Source: Octopus vulgaris (lineage: Eukaryota). From it: 64,000 nt of DNA. A model generated the notes under the pieces. That model was given only the letters and a program-made list of their open reading frames with translations, ran no database searches and was not told where the DNA came from. Both the position numbers and the translations under genes were made by a program. The stretch's first letter is position 1, and every line of letters begins with the position of its first letter. Location: contig OX597834.1 of assembly GCA_951406725.2 (NCBI GenBank), forward strand, positions 7,564,001-7,628,000. Direction: 5' to 3'. This document shows, in pieces, positions 39,290 through 53,070 of the stretch.

Positions 39290-40689
39290 GAATTGCTACA
39301 ACTTAACAACTGCTGTGATAACACTACCACATATACCCATACACTTTGAGGACAAGTATTACCCCACCACCACCACCACCACCGTGATTACCCCTTCTAA
39401 ACTACTACTACCACTGCCACCCCACTTTTAGTAATTAATTCATTGGCAAAAACTACAACAAATGAAACAAAAAATTGTTTCAATTAACAAACAAGATAAA
39501 ACGAATTATTTTCAATAAAGAATTAGTTATTTCAAATCGAACTTTAGTACGATATGGTATTTGTATAGCTTTGTATTGATTTATATTGTTATATATTGTT
39601 CAGTAAAGTTTTATATTTTCTGGAGCTGTTTTGTATTATTTTTGTTTTAAATTGTGTTATATTCTTTTCTACCATTTTGTAATGTTTTGTATTGTTTTGT
39701 ATTGCTATGTCAGCCGCGTGTTGTTCTGCATTATTATATAATTGTTTTATATTAATTTTATATTGTTTTGAATTAATTTAAATTATTTTATATTCATTTA
39801 TGTTTTACATTTAGTTTAATATTACTTCCTACCATTTTGTATTATTTTTTACAGGTTTGTATTGCTACATTACTACTGTGTTGTTTGGCATTATTATAAA
39901 ATTACCTAAAACTGTTTTTTCTACTCTTCTGTTTGTTTATATTGTTTCCTGTATTGCTGCTATCTTAACCGGTTTTCTATTATTTGCTGTATTCCATATT
40001 GCTATTTATTTTTTAAATATAGTTTCACATTACTTTACTATTGTATGCTGGGCTCTGTTCTATTATCCATTATTCTTTTGTATGGCTGTGTTACACTTGT
40101 ATTGTTTTGCCTTATTTTCTAATTATTTTATAATTCTAATATTGGTACTGGTTCATCCTCTCTTCTCTTGTTTGGTGTTTTTAGTATTACTATGTACTTT
40201 TTCATATAATTTTGTAATATTTTATTACTGCGCATTATGCTGTGTTGTTTTCTGTTATCCAGTATAGTTCAATATATTTAATATATTTACATTTGTGTTA
40301 TTTGTTGTTATATAATTTTGTGTTCCTCTATATTGGTTTGTAACATTACGTACGGGTTTGTATATAATTTCATATTGCTTGTATTATTGTGTTTGTGTGT
40401 TTTGCGTTCCTGTGAGCTTTTTAGTACATTTATACATGAGTTTTGCTTTGTACTCCAATCCGTTATTTTGTTTTGATGTGTCTTTTTCTGTAGTATTCTT
40501 GCTTTCTATTATTATTATGTTTATGCATTATACTGTTTTATAGTATTTTGTATTGTTTTTCATAGTGTTTTATTATATATTTTTTCTGTTGTTTCATATT
40601 ATCGTTTGATATAAGTTTGCATAGTTCTACGATCCTCTATTTCATTTTGTTTTTTGTTAAGTATTGTTTTGTATTGCCTAGATAATGAA

Positions 40690-41406
40690 GGTGCGTAGTT
40701 CAGTGGATAGGCTATATGGCTTACGATCTTAGAGACATGAGTTCGATTCTTGGCCGCGCGATACGTCCATGACAAAGACACTATTTTTCACATTGATCCA
40801 ATCCACACAACTGGCAAAAATTAGTAGTTCCTGCATTTCAATGTACTCTATGTGTCACGCTGAATCTCCCTGAGAAGTACGTTAAGGGTACGTAAGTCGA
40901 TGGAATACTCAGCCACATGCATGATTATTTCACAAGCAGGCTGTTCCATTGTTTGGATCAACTGGAACTCTCGTCGTTGTAAGTGACGGAGTACCACTTT
41001 CTATGGTCATGTATAATTTCATGGTGGAGGCGCAATGGCCCAGTGGTTAAGGCAACGGACTCGTGGTCATAGGATCGCGGTTTCGATTCCCAGACCGGGC
41101 GTTGTGAGTGTTTATTGAGCGAAAATACCTAAAGCTCCACGAGGTTCCGGCAGGGGATGGTGGTGATCCCTGCTGTACTCTTTCACCACAACTTTCTCTC
41201 ACTCTTACTTCCTGTTTCTGTTGTAACTGTATTTTAAGGGGCCGGCCTTGTCACTCTCTGTGTCACGCTGAATATCCCCGAGAACTACGTTAAGGGTACA
41301 CGTATCTGTGGAGTGCTCAGCCACTTACAGGTTAATTTCACGAGCAGGCTGTTCCGTTGATCGGATCAACCGGAAACCTCGTCGTCGTAACCGACGGAGT
41401 GCTTCC
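40690..41406 (+). mobile_element. Old (40690-41000) and young (41025-41406) SINEs sharing tail type 2
   Basis: Both carry TGTGTCACGCTGAAT..CCxGAGAAxTACGTTAAGGGTAC...GACGGAGT. Confidence 0.85.
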
Positions 41407-41774
41407 ACATATCTTATACTGTTTTGTATTCTTTTCATTGTTATACATTGTTCTGCATTAAATCCCTTTGTTCAGCATTTTTCTATCATTTTTTTGTAAT
41501 ATTTTACATAGGTTGCATATTATTTTATATTTAAATTATTTTACTTTGTTTTCTTTTAAAAAAAAATACTATTTTTAATGATATTTTATATTGTTTAGTA
41601 GTTCTATGCTGCTGCTTGTTGTTGTGATATTCTATGATGATAGTCATTACTTGTGTTTGTTATGATTTACTGTAGTTGTTTTGCAGAATAATTAATTCAA
41701 ATTTATTCACTTTGTTTTGATTCATTTTCATTCCTTGAAATATTTAACACCGCTTTTGTTTAACAAGAAAAAAC

Positions 41775-42305
41775 TGGTTTCAAATTTTGCAACGAAGCCA
41801 GCAATTTTTCAAGGAGTAATTAGTTGATCACGTTGACACCATTACTTAAATGATACTCATTTTAACAACCGCAAAAGGATGAAAGGCAAAACCGACGTTA
41901 GCTGAATTTGAACTCAGAAAGTTAAGATGGACCAAATACCTATTTCTTTACTATCCGGAAGGTGCTAAACACAGGGAGAACAAACAAGGTCAGACAAACG
42001 GATTAAGTCGAGTATATCGACCCCAGTGCGTAACTGGTACTTATTTAATCGACCCCGAAAGGATGAAAGGCAAAGTCGACCTCGGCGGAATTTGAGTATA
42101 TAGCAGCCGACGAAATACCGCTGAGCATTTTGCCCGGCGTGCTAACGATTCTGCTAGCTCACCACATTAATATGAAATGGGAAATTTTGGCATAAGGCCA
42201 GCAAACTTGAGTACGAAGTTCGTCAGTTATATCGACTCCAGTACACCACTGGTACTTATTTCAAGCAATTTGCCTAGCATGCTAAGGATACTCTCAGCTC
42301 ACTGC
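41775..42305 (-). mobile_element. Cluster of SINE family M copies
   Basis: Repeated GGATGAAAGGCAAA and ACTGGTACTTATTT motifs. Confidence 0.8.
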
Positions 42306-42510
42306 ATTAATGTTAAACAGGAAAAATTAAATGAATAAATATATATGTCAATACTTATGAGTATAAGAATAAAGGGAAGAAAGATGGGTAGGTGAGAGGT
42401 GAGTAGACACTATATGGGCATAATGATGAGGATGAGGAGATCAAAGGAGCAAGAGTGACATGATATCTGGGAGAAGGCACAAGAGAGAAGGGCAATATTC
42501 TTCAACTTTG

Positions 42511-42918
42511 AAGGCGGCGAGCAGGCAGAAACGTTAGCATGCCGAGCGAAATGCGTAGCCGTATTTCATCTGCCATTATGTTCTGAGTTCAAATTCTGCC
42601 GAGGTCGACTTTGCTTTTCATCCTTTCGGGGTCGATAAATTAAGTACCAGTTACGCACTGGAGTCGATGACATCGGCTTAATCCCTTTGTCTGTCCTTGT
42701 TTGTCCCCTCTGTGTTTAGCCCCTTGTGGGCAATAAAGAAATAAGAAACCTTAGCACGTCGAGCGAAATGCTTACCCTCTGATTCAAATTCCGCAGAGGT
42801 CGACTTTGCTTTTCATCCTTTCGGGATCAAGAAATTAAGTACCATTTGCGCAATGGGGTCGATCTAATCGACTGGCCCCTCCCCACAAATTTCGGGCCTT
42901 CTGCCTAGAGTAGAAAAG
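42511..42918 (+). mobile_element. Dimeric SINE family M
   Basis: AAGGCGGCGAGCAGGCAGAAACGTTAGC head; Meta-like domain twice. Confidence 0.85.
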
Positions 42919-43173
42919 AAAATCTCCAACTTCAGGAGAAACAGCTCAGTTGTAAAATCATTGAAATAACCCGAAATAAAGGATTATTTATGCATGCTTA
43001 CCTGTAAGCATGGCACACACACTCTCTCTCCCTCTCTGTCTTCCCCCTCTCTCTCTGACTCTTTTTCTCTCTCACTGTATATCTATATCTATATATATAT
43101 TGATAGATAGATATAGATAGATATAGATAAATATATATATATATATATAATATTTATACACATACATATATGC

Positions 43174-43209
<36 letters not shown>

Positions 43210-44252
43210 GTGTTTGTATATACATATGTGTATATGTATATACATATGTGTATATGTGTATATGTAGAAGTGTACATTCAAACATGGAAGCATAACAAAT
43301 ATACATATACAAAGCTATATATATACACATACACAGATGTGTATACACACACACACACACATATGTGTGTGTGTGTGTGCGTGCCTGCGTTTGTATGTAA
43401 CTTGCAATGATATTCTCAAACGAACAATTTATTACCTGTCTATTATTTCTTTTAATATCCCCCCCATCCTCATACCGTTGCTTGCTATTTTTCTTTTCTT
43501 TTCAATGGCCTCACTTCAATGTTGTATAAAATCAAAATAGTTGTTACTTATTTACAAGAGATCTCAAGAATTGGTTATTGGTTATCAAAGAACATCTGAA
43601 GGGGTGTGGAAAGTTCATGTGTTCACCATTAACAGAATCATGTTTGATTTCCTTTGATAATAGGCAACAGGTAAGGTGAGTCCATCACACAAACAAGCAA
43701 AAATTAGAAAAAGAAAAGATATTGATAGGTTGGCAGGGAAGTGATTTTGGATTATGGAATTGGAGAAGGAAAAAAATTGTTGAAGAAATATGAAGTTGAG
43801 AAGCGGTTGGTGTTAAATTGTTTCACACTTCGGAAAACTAAACTGATCGAAAAGTTCAAGAATTGCTTTTTGCCTAATAATCATCGGGTGTTATTGTGAA
43901 GTATTGGAAACATATGAAGAGATTTAACAACCAGGTAGGATTATAGATGTGCAACTTTACATTGTTTCCATTATTTCAAATATTACCTCAACATGAAGTT
44001 ATTAAACAGTTTCTACACATTCACACTCACACACACACACATTCACACACAGAGATAGATAGATATAAAGATGCATGTGTACATATATTGCTCTGTCGTA
44101 GGATCTTTCCTTCCCAAACAAATGTTCCTGGATTCAATCCCGCAGTACGGCCCCTAGGAAAAATGTATTTTATTATAACCTTGGGGCAAACTAAGATTTG
44201 TGAGTGAATTTGCAAGACAGAATCAATCTCTCAATCTGCCTTTATATATATA

Positions 44253-44600
44253 CACAATGTACCCCCCCGTTTATATTCGCGGTTCGGCATTCGCGGTCCC
44301 GGTTATTTGGGGAACTAATAATTGTTCGCGGAAACCACCGCATATATTCGGAATAGTAGATATCGTTCGCGATTTTTAATGGCATTTTTCATGGCAATAT
44401 ATAATTTTTCACACTTTTTAAGGCCAAATCATTAATAGTAATATACCACAGTTAACTGTTTACTAGACGCCCCTTCGCAGCTGAAGGTACCTCTGATTAA
44501 CCGCGAATCAGTACGCTTGACCGTTTTTAAAATTTTATACAAGTACATTCTATCTTGTATCTCTTATTCCTACTTTCAATCAAAACATGTTAATTAGTAA
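44253..44600. mobile_element. Tigger/pogo-like DNA-transposon end
   Basis: CAATGTACCCCCCGTTTATATTCGCGGTTCGGCATTCGCGG resembles Tigger/MER2-type termini; second TIR not found. Confidence 0.4.
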
Positions 44601-44742
44601 AGCAATGTCTACTTATATTTTACAAATACAAACTCTCCCTCTATCGCTGTATTTGTCTCTCAACAACAACCTCTCATTGTAGTGAAGTACCCGCACAGAA
44701 AAAAATAGCTACACTCACACACACTCGCGCGCACACACACAT

Positions 44743-44820
<78 letters not shown>

Positions 44821-44821
44821 G

Positions 44822-45105
44822 TGGAGGCGAAATGGCCCAGTGGTTAGGGCAGCGGACACGCGGGCGTTGTGAGTGTTTATTGAGCGAAAATACCTAAAGC
44901 TTCACGAGATTCCGGCAGGGGATGGTGGCGATCCCTGCTGTACTCTTTCGCCACAACTTTCTCTCACTCTTTCTTCAGTTGGCCTGCTCGCTTATTCAGC
45001 GGGGTGGCATCATTTGAAGGCTAAAACAAATGCGAAGCGCATTGTGACAAGCGATGTGTAGCAGCATCTGATAGCCTGGTCGGTCACGCTGGTCACGGTG
45101 ATCAC
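44822..45105 (+). mobile_element. SINE family B (internal deletion, tail type 1)
   Basis: Similarity to 4714-5006. Confidence 0.85.
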
Positions 45106-45169
45106 GCACTTATAACAGCGGTCCTTCTCTTCTTAACCCTGAAAAAGAGCTCAGAATGTTAGGCGTCCC

Positions 45170-45849
45170 GCCAGGCCATTCGGTTACCTGACTGCTTGTT
45201 TAAGTTAGTCAACGCTGCCATAATCCTTGCCTTCAGTTCATTTTTGGTGTTGCAATGAGGTTTGTTAGTCACTCGCTCATCTGCGTCCCACATACAATGG
45301 TCAAGGGGATTGCAGTCTGTGGAGTTAGGTGGCCAGATGTTAGGGCTGACGTGGTTGCAGAAATTGTTTGATAGCCCTGACTGGGTTCTCCTGCTAGTGA
45401 GGAATGGTGAAGTGTCATGTTGTCAGATATAGGATCTTCCATCAGCCAATCTTTTGACCCAGGACAACCCAACCTCCTCCAGTCCTTTGATGTAGGCCTC
45501 CGTGTTGAGTCTGAGGTTTTGTGAAAAGATGAATGGAGGTGTAACGTCACTATCACTAGTGATCACTCCAAACACCATGATGTTGACTGGATGTTTGGTT
45601 TTTACCACTCTTGCTACTTGTCCTCAGATTGCACTGTCCGCAGATTTCCAACCAAACACTCTGGTGCAAAGGCCAAGCAGTACAATATGTCGTTTTTAGA
45701 TTTCTAACAGAACCAATTGCGTCATGATGCCATTTTTTTTACAGACGGTGCCCAACTGGACCTACTATGTTGTGTAGTCGACAAAATCGAAAACAAACAA
45801 TGCGCATGGGCAAAATTGAAAATATGGTGATAATTTACCCATCGCACGA

Positions 45850-45850
<1 letters not shown>
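45170..45850 (-). pseudogene. Tc1/mariner (maT/DD37D-like) transposase remnant
   Basis: KTKHPVNIMVFGVITSD...YI followed in frame-shifted pieces by QHDT and WPPNSTDCNPLDHCMW. Confidence 0.75.
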
Positions 45851-45897
<47 letters not shown>

Positions 45898-45901
45898 CAT
45901 A

Positions 45902-46069
45902 TATACGACGGGCTTCTTTCAGTTTCGGTCTACCAAATTCACTCACAAGGCTTTGGTCGGCCCGAGACTATACCAGAAGACACATGCCCAAGATGCCATG
46001 CAGTGGGACTGATCCCGGAACTATGTGGTTGGTAAGCGAGCTACTTACCACACAGCCACTTCTGCACCT
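45902..46069 (-). mobile_element. SINE family A head
   Basis: Similarity to 1065-1230. Confidence 0.85.
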
Positions 46070-46277
46070 AAGTATGTGTATTCATAATTATACTGATCAT
46101 AAAACGAACTTTGAATGTCGACGATGATAATGATATTTATTTCTAAATTCAAACCAATGCGATTTATAATAAATACGTATCTGTATGTGTGTGTATACAT
46201 TCTTAAATTTAAATAGCTATATATACATACATACATACATACATACATATACACGTGAAGGCAAAACACGTTTATGC

Positions 46278-46358
<81 letters not shown>

Positions 46359-46915
46359 ACAGAGTTGATTTCTCCTGAGATGCATCAACGGGCAACGGGT
46401 TTTTTCCCCTTAATCCAACAAGTTTTATCTATATCAAAGATGTTATGACATTTGAAAACTGTCAATGAAAGCAGGAAAATTAGTAAATTGTTGTGTTGTA
46501 ATGTATCATAGCGTCTTTTACAAGATCAGTGAAGGAGTGAAGGGCAACATGTTGCTGAACTGATGTGACAGATGTCAAGAAGAATACTTTCAGAGAATCT
46601 CAGATGAATTTTACTCCAATGACAGCAAATGTTAATTCATATTCTTGAAAAGTTACCAAGTCGAGGAGAAAAATTTTGAAATGCTCTCATGAAATGTAAT
46701 TATTTAACGCCGTACACTTAACATTCGACAGTATGAATACAGCCTGAATTCAAAATGTGTAAGCATGTATATGTGTATGCATGTATGCATGAATGAATAT
46801 GCATCTCTCTCTCTCACTCACTCTCTAGCTATCTAAATATCAATCTATCTATCTCTATATATATATAGATGTATGCGTATATATATATATCTGTGTGTAT
46901 ATATATATATGTATA

Positions 46916-46951
<36 letters not shown>

Positions 46952-47564
46952 CATAAATATATATAAATATATAAGTATATATGTATATATATGTACATAT
47001 ATTTATATATATATATTTGTATGTATATATATTTATATGTATGTGTGTATATATATATTTATATATATTTATATATATGTATAAATATATACTTATATAA
47101 AAAGAATTTAAATATGTATATTGATAAACGGGTATATATATATTCTGTGTGTGTATGTGAGTGAATATATATGTGTGTATATATATGTGTGTATATATAC
47201 ATTACAACAGCGTGTATACTTCTATATCGATATAATATGCATATATATATCTACCTATCTACTAACATTTAGGTCTCTAGCTATCTCCCCATTTGTACTC
47301 CTTTTTCTCTCACTCTGTCTCCGTCTCTTTGTCTCTCTCTCACATACTCTCATTATCTTTCTGTCTGTGTGAGATGATGCATATATTTTCACTAAGATTT
47401 CCATATAAACACACATTCACATATTTACACATACACACACACACATACTTTTAAACATACACACATACACATACACACACACTGTATATTTCAAGAAAAA
47501 GGAAGAAACCATTTGATGCTGTTGGTGTATAAATAACCAGAACCACAACATCTGAAACAAGAAC

Positions 47565-47566
47565 AA

Positions 47567-47634
<68 letters not shown>

Positions 47635-47782
47635 ATGATGATAATAATAATAATAATAATAATAATATTAATAATAACAACGATGATGATGATGATGATG
47701 AAGATGATGATGATGATGATGAAAATGATGATAATGATGATGATGATGATGATAATAATAGTAATAATAATAATAATAATAA

Positions 47783-47836
<54 letters not shown>

Positions 47837-47997
47837 GTAAACAATAACAATGGCAACAACAATTTTAATCAATACTATTAATAATAACATTATTGTTATT
47901 ATTATTATTATTATTATCATTATTATTATTATCATTATTGTTATTATCATTATTGTTATTATTATTATTATTATTATTAATATTATTACTATTACAA

Positions 47998-48033
<36 letters not shown>

Positions 48034-48047
48034 TTATTATTATTATA
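47565..48047. repeat. Compound (TAC)n/(GAT)n/(AAT)n then (ATT)n tract
   Basis: Direct reading. Confidence 0.9.
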
Positions 48048-48516
48048 AGTTAAATGTCAGCAGATGTCTAAGAAATAGAACTGAAAAATCATAAAGTTAT
48101 ATTGTGATTAATATATCAATATATCAATATATATATGTATATGATATTACGTGCCTTTAAGCTTCAATAATGAAGAAATGCAGAAACGAAATTTAAATAC
48201 AAAACAAAATGAAAGCAAAAAAATTATTTAAATCTAAAAGAAAAAGAAAAAAGCTGTGAAATTCGTCTAAATTTTGTTGCAATTCCTTACCTGACTATCA
48301 AAACTATTCTCTGAATTTCATCTAAAATAATTCCACATTGTATAATATTAAAAAAAAAAAATTCTATTTTTATTCTAATTTGATTCCACGTTGAATATTA
48401 TTCTAAGTTGCCTTATTCAATCCATCACTTTTCTTTCTTTGTGAGATATCGAGGAATGATTGAAGAAAGACGATGAAGAAATAAGAAAATTCCTCTCCCT
48501 CTTCCTCTCTCCCTCA

Positions 48517-48560
<44 letters not shown>

Positions 48561-48673
48561 CCATAACGCATGTGTGTGTGTGTGGATGTGTTTTAAAAAT
48601 ATGTGCACATAATATATGTACGTATACAGGTATATGCATATTATGTCTATCCATGCATACATTTTAGCCACAC

Positions 48674-48718
<45 letters not shown>

Positions 48719-48721
<3 letters not shown>

Positions 48722-48940
48722 CTCTCTATATAAACGGCAGTTTATCTGTGTGTGTTTCTGTGTGTCTGTTGGTCGAGAATCAGAAACACAAACCACAGAC
48801 TGTCTAGGGGACGCAACTCGACCTTTTAACTAAAAAAAAAATTACCATCATTTTTTCCCCATTTTTTGGCTATAACTCTCTAAAAATGCTTTATATTTAT
48901 TTCCCTTACAAACCCGAGCAACGCCGGGCGATACTGCTAG
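48719..48940 (+). mobile_element. Non-autonomous mini-Helitron
   Basis: 5' TC(TC)nTATATAAA; subterminal hairpin CCCGAGCAACGCCGGG (48913-48928); 3' CTAG; sits between A and T with no TSD. Confidence 0.8.
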
Positions 48941-49000
48941 TATATGCATAAATGTATGTGTTTGTGCATCCATATGTATATATATATACGCACACACAAA

Positions 49001-49243
49001 TGTGTATTTTATTTACATTTACACACACACTCATATATATATATATATATATACATATAAATACACATACACAATTATATATAATCAGAAATATATATAT
49101 ACATACACACACAAATATACATGTGTATTTTAGTTATATTTACACACACACTCATATATATTTACGTATATACATATAAATACATATACACGATTATATA
49201 TAATCAGAAGTACATATATATACATACACACACAAATATACAT
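49001..49243. repeat. Two-copy ~121-bp tandem duplication
   Basis: TGTGTATTTTA...TATAATCAGAA...CACACAAATATACAT occurs twice. Confidence 0.8.
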
Positions 49244-49641
49244 TTTTGTTTACATGCATACGCCTATGTATGTATTTGCACATTTCTACATGGATATTTA
49301 ATTGTAAGTATGTATATTTATATATCCAAACGTATACACACACGCACGCACACACAAGGTTCTATATCTGTGTTTGTGTGTGTGTGTGTGTATAAAAGAA
49401 TGCTCGGAGCTGAGTCATATTTCCTTCAGATTTTAATATTACTTTCATAATTTTTATGATATTTCTGTTTAATTCTTATTTTCTCTGATCTTCTCTTTTG
49501 TTATTCACGATTTTTTTAATAACCACATCCATCTTCGAAGTGATTCAAATGGTGCAGATGTGATTATGAGAGTTGATTATACTAACTCTCTAACCAATAT
49601 CCATGTATATATGATGTAAATCTATCTCTCTATCTATTTAC

Positions 49642-49710
<69 letters not shown>

Positions 49711-49786
49711 CATCAATTAATCCATCCATCCATTTCTCTATCTATCCATCCATTTATTTATCTATCTATCTACCTATCTACCCATG

Positions 49787-49876
<90 letters not shown>

Positions 49877-50235
49877 GATATAAGTACAGGTGAGGATATT
49901 TAAACCTCAGAGTGATAGAAATATCCAAGATTAGACTGCTTGAATACCTTTTAATATGGAAGCACACACATATATTATTATTATAAAACCTAGAGAGAAG
50001 ATGTAGGTAATATTACTAAAAATTTATTAAAACATCGACAAAGCCTACAATTGTTTCAATTCATCGCTTATAATATAAAATCAATCAAATTTAATTTAAT
50101 CAATTTGGTTAATAATTATAAGCCAGAATATCATCAGGGACTAATGTACAAAGAAATTTCAAAATGTGACCGCGTGTGTGCCGTTGGCGATTTTTTTCCT
50201 CCGTCTTCCCTTCTCTGGGTCTTTCCTTTTCCTAT

Positions 50236-50271
50236 GTTTCTGACGAAGAGCTCCGCTCGAAACGTAAAAAC
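50236..50271 (+). ncRNA. Minimal hammerhead-like ribozyme (family 1, canonical CUGACGA core) within element 50166-50372
   Basis: GTTT-CTGACGA-A-GAGC TCC GCTC-GAAA-CG-TA-AAAAC. Confidence 0.7.
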
Positions 50272-50368
50272 CCACCTTCTTCCCTTCGTTCCTGAGCGTC
50301 CAATAATACTATATTTGTTCCACGTCCTCGCGTTGTTGTGTTTTCTCTTTGTGTTTTCATGTTTGGAT

Positions 50369-50451
<83 letters not shown>

Positions 50452-50453
<2 letters not shown>

Positions 50454-50673
50454 GGAGTAAACACATAAATGTGAAACAAGGTGGAAAAAAGAGTACTCAA
50501 ATACCAGTGGTAGAGTAATATGCTTTATTTAAAGCAGCAGAAAATTCAACAAAACCTATTACTCTGAGTTTCCCGTTGCCGTTCATCGGACAGTTTTTGC
50601 TAGAAACTGTCCGATGAACGGCAACGGGATACTCAGAGTAACACGTTTTGTTGAATTTTCTGGTGCTTTAAAT

Positions 50674-50680
<7 letters not shown>
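50452..50680. repeat. Asymmetric palindrome (family 4) in (TA)n with deviant hammerhead-like motifs
   Basis: Arms ~50518-50597 and 50604-50680; CTGT-CCGATGA-ACG GCAA CGG-GAAAC-TC at 50562-50593 (-) and 50607-50638 (+, GATAC). Confidence 0.8.
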
Positions 50681-50712
<32 letters not shown>

Positions 50713-50715
50713 CTC

Positions 50716-50880
50716 ATATTGAAATCAATGAAAACATTAAATAACAGGAAATATACAGTGTACCAATAAAATCAATGCATGATATAAAAATATATTTTGT
50801 ATTTATTCTATATCATGCATTAAATTTACACTGTGTTTTTCCTGTTTACTTATTTAATGTTCTCATTATGTTTTCAATAT
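50716..50880. repeat. Imperfect ~165-bp palindrome
   Basis: AACAGGAAATATACAGTGTA / TACACTGTGTTTTTCCTGTT; AATGCATGATATA / TATATCATGCATT. Confidence 0.75.
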
Positions 50881-50978
50881 GTGTGTATAGGTATATGTAG
50901 AGATATGTGCATGTATGTGTCTCATTCTATATATAGAAAACGATACATAAACAGATCACTTGGTATACACACACACAT

Positions 50979-51011
<33 letters not shown>

Positions 51012-51067
51012 CATATATATGTATGTATTATGTATGTAGATATATATATATATATACATATATATAC

Positions 51068-51155
<88 letters not shown>

Positions 51156-51523
51156 ATATATAGTAAATCCCCAAAGAGAACAACAACAAACACAAAATCA
51201 AGAACTTGACGACGTGGTTTACATTTAAAGTATTAAGCAGACGCTTACGGAAGGAAAGAAAGATGGTTAAACGCTTACAAACTGTCTCTTTAAGCATTCA
51301 GAATAATTTTTCTATCGTCTTGGCTTAAAAACCCTCACCGTTTGTTTTTACTGTTTTATTCTCATCTTTCTGTCTTTTACTGTTTTTTTCTTTTTTATTG
51401 TTTTTACTGTCTTGTTTTGTTCATACTGTCCACTTTTACCATCCCAAAAATATCCCAAATTTTATATAACTTGCTTTGCGGGACGGATTGTTTCAACGAA
51501 GTCGCGTCTTGTCCTTACCTTCG

Positions 51524-51614
<91 letters not shown>

Positions 51615-51626
51615 AAGGCAGACAGA

Positions 51627-51720
<94 letters not shown>

Positions 51721-52328
51721 CACATAGATAGATAAATTGATAGATACATAGATAAAGAGATAAATGGATTGATCGATAAATGTATTAAGTGAGAGATCAC
51801 ACACTCTGTATTTAGCAGTAGGTCAGTTAGGTCTAGCATGAAATACCCAGGTCATCTGTAGTCAAAGACTTGAAGTTCACTGACGGAGAGTGCCTTTGTT
51901 GGCAACAATAAGATGCCTATATTCTGTTGATGATTATTCTAGGTTGCTGTAATTTCTCATAGAGGAAGTGTTGGCTATTACTGATACCACGTGGGGGAAG
52001 AACATCCCTGCTAAACATGTTCCATGAGATACTAAAGAAATATTTTGATGTTTCTGGAGTCTCTAAAGGAAGTGGATAAGGGTCATGGAAGTTTTCAAGT
52101 AATCGGCATCTGAAAGAGAGCATGTCACATACATATATGTTTCTTTACTACCCACAAGGGGCTAAACATAGAGGGGATATATCATAACTGTCATGCCTGT
52201 GCAGTGTTATATGATGCCCCCAGATGAGGAGGAATCTGCGAATGACATGTGAGAGAGGTAATCCTCTCAATGAAAATTTGGTAAGATTTCTGGAATTACA
52301 TGAACGGTTTTTGTGTACTCGTGTCTGT

Positions 52329-52384
<56 letters not shown>

Positions 52385-52744
52385 ACACAGGCACACAGAG
52401 TGTTAGAAGCGATTTTATCTATACTCATAAAAATAACCATCACATAAAAATTAAAGAGGTTTTGATTATTTATTGATTCTGGGAAATTGGTTTTTAATTA
52501 CGAGTAGCACATTGCTGGCAGAATCATTAAGATGCTGAACAAAAAGATTAATGCCATATTTTGCAGCCTTGTGTTCTGAGTTCAAATTCCACTCATGTGA
52601 AATTTGCGTTTCATTATTTCGGGGTCGATGAAATAATTACCAGTTTAGCACTAGGGTTGACGTAATCGATTATCTCCCCTCCCACAAAAGTTCAGGCCTT
52701 GTCTGTACAGTAGAAAAATAAATTTAGTAGAAACCTCTAGATGA

Positions 52745-53070
52745 AAGGGTAAAGACCCCCTTCGGTCATGAATGACCATGGGATTGCACCTAGAAAGTTA
52801 CCCTCCTAGACACAAGTAAGGGCAAAGTTGTTTATGGAAGGCCAGCAGTCGCCCATGCATACCAGCCTCCCCAGTGTTACCCAAGGGAAAGGCAGGGGCC
52901 GATACAGCTTGGCACCAGTGACGTCGCAACTCATTTCTACAGCTGAGTGAACAGGAGCAACATGAAATAAAGTTCCTTGCTCGAGAACACAACACGCAGC
53001 CCGGTCCGGGATTCGAGCTCACAACCTCACGATCGTAAGCTCGACGCTCTAACCACTGAGCCATGCGCCT
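52745..53070 (-). mobile_element. SINE family C (tRNA-Arg-like head, CORE-like body)
   Basis: Minus strand AGGCGCATGGCTCAGTGGTTAGAGCGTCGAGCTTACGATCGTGAGGTTGTGAGCTCGAATCCC...CACTCAGCTGTAGAAATGAG. Confidence 0.85.

Noticed and set aside
39857-40267. 136-aa hydrophobic ORF
   Set aside because: Lies in decayed T-rich low-complexity repeat.
52795-52860. Minus-strand ACTGCTGG...GCCC...GGAGGG, vaguely twister-like
   Set aside because: The twister pseudoknots and cleavage-site motif could not be fitted.
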